Positions 57,789 to 64,000 of a stretch of 64,000 bases of DNA are shown piece after piece. The notes below the pieces were generated by a model. That model was given only the letters and a program-made list of their open reading frames with translations. It ran no database searches and was not told the DNA's origin. This stretch comes from Bacteroidota bacterium (GTDB taxonomy: Bacteria > Bacteroidota > Bacteroidia > Flavobacteriales > Weeksellaceae), in assembly GCA_018902795.1 (NCBI GenBank), contig JAHIQD010000011.1, positions 35,201 through 99,200 of the forward strand, written 5' to 3'. The stretch's first letter is position 1. The number at the start of each line of letters is the position of its first letter. Made by a program: the position numbers and the translations under genes.

Positions 57789-60191
57789 ATGAAAATCTCA
57801 AACAACTGGCTTAAAGATCACATCAACACTGATTTAAAATCAGATAAAATCGGAGAATATCTTACGGATATTGGACTGGAAGTGGAAGGAATCGAAAAGT
57901 ACGAATCTGTAAAAGGAAGCCTGGAAGGAATCATTATCGGAAAAGTCTTAACGTGTGAACAACATCCTAACGCCGATAAACTAAAGAAAACAACGGTTGA
58001 TATTGGAAACGGCAGTATATTGAACATTGTTTGCGGTGCGCCGAATGTTGCAGTGGGACAAACTGTTCCGGTTGCTGTAGTGGGCACAAAAATTTATGCT
58101 AAAGACGGAAGTTCGTTTGCGATTAAAGAAGCGAAAATCCGAGGCGAAGTTTCCCAGGGAATGATCTGTGCGGAAGATGAATTGGGTTTAAGTGACGATC
58201 ACGGCGGCATCATGATTTTAGATGAAAACAAATTCGAAGTTGGGAAAGATCTCGCAGATTATTTTGAACTTTCCAATGATGAAGTGTACGAAATCGGTTT
58301 AACACCCAACAGAACTGATGCAATGTCGCATTATGGTGTTGCAAGGGATTTAAACGCATTTTTGGTTTCCAATCAAATGAAATCGGAGTTTGAAAAAACG
58401 GTTTCTAAACCTTTAAATGGTGAAGGAACTCATGATTTTCAGCTTGAAGTGGAAGATTCAACTTTAGTTCCAAGATATATCGGTGCAGTAATCGAAAATG
58501 TAAAAGTTGCCGATTCGCCAGATTGGTTGAAACAAAGACTCAAGTCCATCGGTTTAAGCCCAATTAATAATATTGTAGACATCACCAATTATATTTTACA
58601 TGGTTTAGGACAGCCTCTTCATGCTTTTGATGCCGACCGCATTGCCGGTAAAAAAGTAAAAGTTGGAGTAAATGCTGAAGGAACCAAATTCACTACTTTA
58701 GACGGTGTTGAAAGAACGCTGAACGGTACCGAAATTATGATTAAAGACGGCGAAGATCATCCAATGTGTATTGCCGGAGTTTTCGGTGGACAGCATTCCG
58801 GAGTTTCAGAAAATACACAAACCATTTTCCTCGAAAGTGCTTATTTTAATCCGGTAGCGGTAAGAAAAGGAGCGAAATTTCATGGATTGAATACCGATGC
58901 CTCTTTCCGTTTTGAACGTGGAGTGGATCCGAATAATACCAGAACTGCCATTACTCACGCCATTTCGATGATTGAAGAAATCACCGGCGGGAAAATGACA
59001 GGCGCACTTTTGGAACATTACCCTGAAAAAATCGAAAACAATTATGTGATTTTAAGATTCTCTAAAGTGGAGCAGATTTTAGGAACAAAAATTCATAAAG
59101 AAAAAATAAAAGAGATTTTGAAATCGCTTGATATTGAGGTTCTTAATGAAATTCAGAACGGTTTGGAAATTTCTGTTCCTGCGTACAGAGCGGATGTGAC
59201 GAGAGAAATTGATGTGATTGAAGAAATTCTGAGAATTTATGGTTATAATAAAATTGATGCGCCGCAGAAAATTTCGTTTACACCGGTAAAATTAAGCTTT
59301 GACGATCAGGATGCGCTTGAAAATTCGTGGGCAAGAACTTTACAGAGCAATGGCTTCAACGAAGTGATGAACAACTCACTCACTTCCGTGAAAGATAAAA
59401 CTGATGCTGTAAAATTGCTGAATCCTTTAAGCGGAGATTTAGCTTTCATGAGAAAGTCTTTACTGGAAGGTCTTTTATCCAATGCGGATTACAACATTAA
59501 GAGAAAAAATCAGGATATTAAATTTTTCGAACTCGGTAAAATTTATCATAAAAAAGAAAAATACTTAGAAAGAAAGCAGCTTGCGCTTCTTGTTTCCGGT
59601 AGAAATGCTGCTGAAAACTGGCTTCAACCCAAATCAGCAACCGATTTTTATTACCTTAAATCGTATGTGAAAATTCTCCTGGACAAACTGAACCTGAATG
59701 TTACGGAACAGTATCTTGAGGATGCCCGTTTTTCAGACGCTTTGCAACTGACTTCCGAAGGAAAAACTATTGCAAGATTAGGAAAAGTTTCTCCCGAATT
59801 ATTGAAAGATGCGGATATTGATCAGGACTGTTTTTATGCAGAAATAGAGTTGGAAAACTGCCAGGAACTTCGTTCAAAAGGAAATCTGAAGTTCGCAGAC
59901 ATTCCTAAATTCAACACCATTAGAAGAGATCTGGCACTACTGATCGACAAAAATGTGACTTACGGCGAACTGTATCAGTCTGCAAAGAAAAATCCTTCAA
60001 AATACCTGAAAAACATTAATCTTTTCGATGTGTATGAAGGAAAAAATCTTCCTGAAGGAAAAAAATCTTATGCACTGAGTTTTGAGCTGCTGAATGAAGA
60101 GAAAACTTTGGAGGAAAAAGAAATCAATGAAGTAATGAATTCTTTGATTAAGAATTTCCAGAAAGAATTTTCGGCAGAACTTCGGTCATAA
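57789..60191 (+). CDS. pheT: Phenylalanine--tRNA ligase beta subunit
   Basis: 800 aa with an N-terminal tRNA-binding domain (MKISNNWL...HPNADKL), B3/4 and B5 domains, and a C-terminal FDX-ACB domain. Confidence 0.95.
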   Translation: MKISNNWLKDHINTDLKSDKIGEYLTDIGLEVEGIEKYESVKGSLEGIIIGKVLTCEQHPNADKLKKTTVDIGNGSILNIVCGAPNVAVGQTVPVAVVGTKIYAKDGSSFAIKEAKIRGEVSQGMICAEDELGLSDDHGGIMILDENKFEVGKDLADYFELSNDEVYEIGLTPNRTDAMSHYGVARDLNAFLVSNQMKSEFEKTVSKPLNGEGTHDFQLEVEDSTLVPRYIGAVIENVKVADSPDWLKQRLKSIGLSPINNIVDITNYILHGLGQPLHAFDADRIAGKKVKVGVNAEGTKFTTLDGVERTLNGTEIMIKDGEDHPMCIAGVFGGQHSGVSENTQTIFLESAYFNPVAVRKGAKFHGLNTDASFRFERGVDPNNTRTAITHAISMIEEITGGKMTGALLEHYPEKIENNYVILRFSKVEQILGTKIHKEKIKEILKSLDIEVLNEIQNGLEISVPAYRADVTREIDVIEEILRIYGYNKIDAPQKISFTPVKLSFDDQDALENSWARTLQSNGFNEVMNNSLTSVKDKTDAVKLLNPLSGDLAFMRKSLLEGLLSNADYNIKRKNQDIKFFELGKIYHKKEKYLERKQLALLVSGRNAAENWLQPKSATDFYYLKSYVKILLDKLNLNVTEQYLEDARFSDALQLTSEGKTIARLGKVSPELLKDADIDQDCFYAEIELENCQELRSKGNLKFADIPKFNTIRRDLALLIDKNVTYGELYQSAKKNPSKYLKNINLFDVYEGKNLPEGKKSYALSFELLNEEKTLEEKEINEVMNSLIKNFQKEFSAELRS

Positions 60192-60214
60192 AAATTCAAA
60201 CATTAATAATAAAA

Positions 60215-60239
60215 AGCATCTCAACCGGGATGCTTTTTT
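60215..60239 (+). terminator. Intrinsic terminator after pheT
   Basis: AGCATC..GATGCT hairpin followed by T6. Confidence 0.6.
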
Positions 60240-60406
60240 GTTTTATAAAAGCTTTATTTGTGCATAACCGCGGATAAATAAATTATATTACTTAAATTTG
60301 ATCAAACAAAAAAAGCTGATGCAACCGTCCTCTATATTTGGTCAGGAAAAGATATTTATAGAGAAAGAGTTTGCATATCATTATTAAAAATAAAAGATAA
60401 CGACTT

Positions 60407-60805
60407 ATGAAAAATATTTTTTTATCAATATTTGCTGCTGTAACATTGGTTTCCTGTGCATCAATGTCGACTTCTAAAGTAGGAAGCACACAGGTGAACA
60501 TCGCAGGCACGAAATGGACCCTGGCTGACCAGGTGAAAGGGAAAACGCCGACGCTCAATGTGGAGGCTGGTAAAATTACCGGTAACGGAGGCTGCAATAA
60601 CTATTTTGGGGAACTTTCTCTGGATCCTACAGCGGGCAATTTTTCAGCTAAGAATATTGGTGCAACTAAAATGGCGTGCCCCAATATGGAAGTGGAAACT
60701 CAGTTTTTCAGCATGTTGAATGCCGCCACTAAATATGTGGTGAAGGGAAATACACTCGAGTTATATAAAGGGAATCTTCTCTTGCTGAAATTCAATAAAT
60801 TATAG
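60407..60805 (+). CDS. META-domain (HslJ-like) lipoprotein
   Basis: Lipoprotein signal (AAVTLVSCAS) and the GCNNYFG META motif. A TATATTTG -7 box lies at about 60333. Confidence 0.8.
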   Translation: MKNIFLSIFAAVTLVSCASMSTSKVGSTQVNIAGTKWTLADQVKGKTPTLNVEAGKITGNGGCNNYFGELSLDPTAGNFSAKNIGATKMACPNMEVETQFFSMLNAATKYVVKGNTLELYKGNLLLLKFNKL

Positions 60806-60827
60806 CATTTTATTCTGTAATAACCAT

Positions 60828-60861
60828 AAAAAAAAGGAACTCAAAACTGAGTTCCTTTTTT
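60828..60861. terminator. Bidirectional terminator between convergent genes
   Basis: A8, GGAACTCA-aaac-TGAGTTCC, then T6. Confidence 0.75.
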
Positions 60862-60870
60862 ATTTTTTAT

Positions 60871-61113
60871 TTATTCTTCGTCTTCTTCCTCATCATATTT
60901 TGCGAGTTCGTCATCGCACCATTTGAAGGCTGCTTCTACAACTTTGGTAGCTTCATCTGCCATCGTTTCCTCATCGTCACCTTCCAAATCATCCAACCAT
61001 TCAACTTCCTCTTCTTCTACATTAAGGATAAATCTCGGATATTCCGTGTGAACAACAAATAAATCTTCAGGAAAATCTGAATTGTCGGCTAATAAAAATT
61101 TTGGTACTTTCAT
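60871..61113 (-). CDS. Highly acidic small hypothetical protein
   Basis: 80 aa with a D/E-rich C-terminal half. No recognisable domain. Confidence 0.45.
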   Translation of the reverse strand: MKVPKFLLADNSDFPEDLFVVHTEYPRFILNVEEEEVEWLDDLEGDDEETMADEATKVVEAAFKWCDDELAKYDEEEDEE

Positions 61114-61150
61114 TTTTCTAATGTTTAAACTTCTCCAAAGATAAAAAATT

Positions 61151-62473
61151 TTATTGATATTTATTCTCGTCGATTTTAATTTTTGTTAAAACTTTATATT
61201 TCGTCAAAGTATTGATCTGAAGCGTATCCTGGGGCAGAAACGTAACCTTGACATTTGGGTTTACGGTGCTGATCAGTTCGGCAATCTGCATTTTGTCGAG
61301 CTGTTCTTCATTTTCCATATAGAAATTAATCCGGCCCTCTTCAAGCTTTTCAGATTTAAGAAATTTTGTTATTTCTCTACGGTTTTCAAGGTAATTTCCT
61401 TTTGAAAGCCAGGTGAATACAAAGCCGGTTATCAAGCTTAAAACTGTAATTCCGTAGGTAAATTTCCCGAGAATCTGATACATTTTTTTGAAATAAACCA
61501 GCCAGATCGGGAAGGAAAATGGTGCCATAAGACGGTAATCAATTGGATTTACCGAATAGAAATACTGAATAAAGTATGAACAGATAATTCCGGTAACTCC
61601 TATGAAAACAGAAAATTTCTCTGTTTCTGAAAGTTTGTTTTTAATGAAGAGAAAGCAGATGAGAAGGATATTCAGAAAACCGATGCCGTAAATTCCATAA
61701 TTAATAATTCCGCCGGCTGGATTGGCGATATGAATAAACGGATTAAATGTGGTTGCCAAACCCTGAAAAAGTTCCATCAACAGTTTGGAGGTTGGATGAA
61801 GCCCTATTTCTAAAAACTGGTCGACGTATTTTTCATTAAAATAATCAATAAAAAGAAATTTATACAAAACTACGAAAGCAAAACCAACGAGTCCTGAAGT
61901 GATAAACGTTCTGCTATACTGTTTCCTGTAGTTCAAAATTCCGTAAAGGAAAACTCCGCCGATGATAAAAAGTGCAGGGTAACGGATGTTGTAAAGGGTC
62001 ACCAGCGCTACACTTAAATAGAGAAATGCTTTGTGACCCGTAAGTTCCCCAATAATAATCTGTCTTGCCACATACAGAAACACAAAAACGAAAGGCAGAA
62101 TCAGCGATTCGCTCATCGTGTAAGAAAATATCGAAACAAAGCTGAAAAGTCCGCCCACCAAAATGGTTTCTTTCAGATAGAATTTTTTTTTCCAGGCGAA
62201 ATATATAATGAAAAGATAAGCCAGAATTCCTATCGTTTTACTCGCCCAAAATTCATCAAAACCAAATATGGTAAAGAATTTTAAACTCAAAGGATATCCC
62301 ATTGGCGTGGTGGTATTATCAATGACAGGAAAAACATTTGCGGTCCGCATAAACCTGATAGAATCAGGATTGGTTCTTCCTTTTTCGTTCAGCAGGAAAC
62401 GTAAAACGGTAAAGGTAATACTAGCAAAAACCAGAAGAATCTGAATTCTTTGTTCGAGGATTTTTCTTCTCAT
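61151..62473 (-). CDS. Polytopic membrane protein (possibly a GT-C-type glycosyltransferase) with a soluble C-terminal domain
   Basis: About 11 predicted TM helices followed by ~90 hydrophilic residues. The family assignment is speculative. Confidence 0.5.
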   Translation of the reverse strand: MRRKILEQRIQILLVFASITFTVLRFLLNEKGRTNPDSIRFMRTANVFPVIDNTTTPMGYPLSLKFFTIFGFDEFWASKTIGILAYLFIIYFAWKKKFYLKETILVGGLFSFVSIFSYTMSESLILPFVFVFLYVARQIIIGELTGHKAFLYLSVALVTLYNIRYPALFIIGGVFLYGILNYRKQYSRTFITSGLVGFAFVVLYKFLFIDYFNEKYVDQFLEIGLHPTSKLLMELFQGLATTFNPFIHIANPAGGIINYGIYGIGFLNILLICFLFIKNKLSETEKFSVFIGVTGIICSYFIQYFYSVNPIDYRLMAPFSFPIWLVYFKKMYQILGKFTYGITVLSLITGFVFTWLSKGNYLENRREITKFLKSEKLEEGRINFYMENEEQLDKMQIAELISTVNPNVKVTFLPQDTLQINTLTKYKVLTKIKIDENKYQ

Positions 62474-62534
62474 TTTTTATTAATAATTTGAAAGCGGTGT
62501 TAAGGATTTAAGCCCTAACAGCACTCCTAAGAAT

Positions 62535-63425
62535 CTACTTTAGGAACATTTTCGATACTTTATCAGCTTTTCTGTTTTCAGTATAATCGTAAAAACCTTC
62601 CCCGGATTTTACACCCAATTTTCCTGCAGTTACCATATTTACCAATAAAGGATTGGGTGCATATTTCGGATTTTTGAAACCGTCATGCATCACATTCAGA
62701 ATGGCCAGACAAACGTCGAGTCCGATAAAATCTGCCAGTTGCAAAGGTCCCATTGGATGTGCCATTCCCAGTTTCATCACCGTATCTATTTCTTCAACAC
62801 CGGCAACACCATTGTAAAGCGTTTCGATGGTTTCATTGATCATTGGCATTAAAATTCTGTTGGCCACAAAACCTGGATAATCGTTCACTTCAACCGGTAA
62901 TTTTCCCAATGTTTTGCTCATCCCGAAAATCTGGTCGAAAGTTTCTTTGGAAGTGGAGTAGCCTTTGATGATTTCCACGAGTTTCATTACAGGAACCGGG
63001 TTCATAAAGTGCATTCCGATTACTTTTTCCGGGCGTTTTGTTACCGAAGCGATTTTAGTAATTGAAATGGAGGAGGTATTGGTAGCAAGAATACAGTTTT
63101 CAGGAGCTAACTCATCCATCTGTCTGAAGATTTTCAGTTTCAGATCCAGGTTTTCTGTAGCGGCTTCCACGATTAATTCAGCGTTTTTTGCTGCATCTTC
63201 CAATTGGGTGAAAGTAGAAATGTTGCTCAAAGTAGCTGCTTTCTGTTCTTCGGTAAGGTTGCCTTTCGCAATGATTCTGTCCAGATTTGCAGTGATTGTT
63301 TTAAGTCCTTTTTCTAAAGCTTCAGTAGAAACATCTACCAAATTAACGTTAAAACCAGTTTGTGCAAAGGCGTGAGCAATTCCGTTTCCCATTGTTCCGG
63401 CTCCGATTACGACAATGTTTTTCAT
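62535..63425 (-). CDS. hbd: 3-hydroxybutyryl-CoA / 3-hydroxyacyl-CoA dehydrogenase
   Basis: N-terminal Rossmann VIGAGTMGNGIA, plus the HFMNPV and PGFVANR motifs. Confidence 0.9.
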   Translation of the reverse strand: MKNIVVIGAGTMGNGIAHAFAQTGFNVNLVDVSTEALEKGLKTITANLDRIIAKGNLTEEQKAATLSNISTFTQLEDAAKNAELIVEAATENLDLKLKIFRQMDELAPENCILATNTSSISITKIASVTKRPEKVIGMHFMNPVPVMKLVEIIKGYSTSKETFDQIFGMSKTLGKLPVEVNDYPGFVANRILMPMINETIETLYNGVAGVEEIDTVMKLGMAHPMGPLQLADFIGLDVCLAILNVMHDGFKNPKYAPNPLLVNMVTAGKLGVKSGEGFYDYTENRKADKVSKMFLK

Positions 63426-64000
63426 TTATTTATTTTTATGAGTTGAATTAAAATAGTCCCATACTTTTTTAGAAATATCAGAAATCATTTGGGTATTTAC
63501 GGCTTCTGATTCCGTCGAATCGATAACAAAAACAGTAATCGCATAATGTTTTCCGTCGGGAAGGGTAATGATTCCTGAATCATTTTCAGCAATGGTCAAA
63601 TTGCGGTCTTTTCCTGAAGAGCCGGTTTTGTGGGCAATTGTTGTCCCTGCCGGAAGCTGTTCTTTTAATTTATTGGCTCCGGTGGTCGTTCCCAGCATGA
63701 TATTCATTAAATAATCTGTCGATTTCTCGGAAAGAATTTTCTTTTCGTAGAAGCTTTTATAAAGAGAACTTAATGATTTTACTGTCGTGAAGTTCGGGTA
63801 CAGATATTCTTTTCCTTTGTGCATCCACTCTTCGTTGTACTTTATCTGGAAATTCTTTACGCCTTTCGCATCCATGAATCTCTGTACGGTTTCTGTTCCG
63901 TCGATCAATCTCAGCAAAATATCGCAACCGTTGTTATCACTTTGCGCGACGGTGTATTTGATAATTTCATCCAGCGTCAGTTCTACATTTCCGTTTGGAT
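63426..64000 (-). CDS. bla: Class A beta-lactamase (N-terminus beyond the window edge)
   Basis: SDN motif (AQSDNNGCD) and KTG motif (HKTGSSG). The reading frame stays open to position 64000. The stop codon directly abuts the hbd start. Confidence 0.85.
   Translation of the reverse strand, partial: PNGNVELTLDEIIKYTVAQSDNNGCDILLRLIDGTETVQRFMDAKGVKNFQIKYNEEWMHKGKEYLYPNFTTVKSLSSLYKSFYEKKILSEKSTDYLMNIMLGTTTGANKLKEQLPAGTTIAHKTGSSGKDRNLTIAENDSGIITLPDGKHYAITVFVIDSTESEAVNTQMISDISKKVWDYFNSTHKNK

Overview
This is a 64-kb chromosomal segment from a low-GC Bacteroidota genome, most likely Flavobacteriales/Weeksellaceae (Chryseobacterium-like). The taxonomic call rests on T9SS C-terminal sorting domains, TAnnTTTG -7 promoter boxes, an intrinsic-type class A beta-lactamase and overall gene content. 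I call about 60 protein genes, 2 tRNAs (Pro-GGG, Arg-CCT) and 1 frameshifted P-type ATPase pseudogene. I see no rRNA, CRISPR, transposase, integrase or phage genes. Left to right the window holds: TolC/HlyD/ABC-2 efflux genes; small detox/stress genes; an 8-gene catechol ortho-cleavage/beta-ketoadipate operon (catB-catC-catA-pcaD-fused pcaIJ-membrane protein-pcaF) behind an AraC regulator; two hydrolases; tatC; kdsD; recQ; a small two-gene pair; a GT4 glycosyltransferase; class II RNR nrdJ; lpd; an LRR T9SS protein; KOW and KTSC mini-proteins; cvfB-like; tRNA-Pro; a 1293-aa T9SS adhesin; a complete his operon (hisGDCBHAF-IE) with a His-codon leader peptide and attenuator; a methyltransferase; the broken mgtA-like ATPase; an aminotransferase; an M28 peptidase; tRNA-Arg; uvrA; a TonB receptor plus DUF2490; dnaN; pheT; hbd; and a partial beta-lactamase. 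Overall this reads as an ordinary core region, and I cannot point to a recognisable defence or mobile island. The best candidates for something undescribed are non-coding. (1) A helically phased 21-bp tandem array headed by a palindrome at 30.48-30.67 kb. (2) A ~145-nt GC-rich structured intergenic element present twice in opposite orientation (5.93 kb and 17.75 kb). (3) An orphan promoter/mini-ORF/double-terminator unit at 53.4-53.54 kb. CDS coordinates follow the ORF track, with some starts moved to internal codons as noted. Hand-counted coordinates of small features may be off by 1-2 nt.
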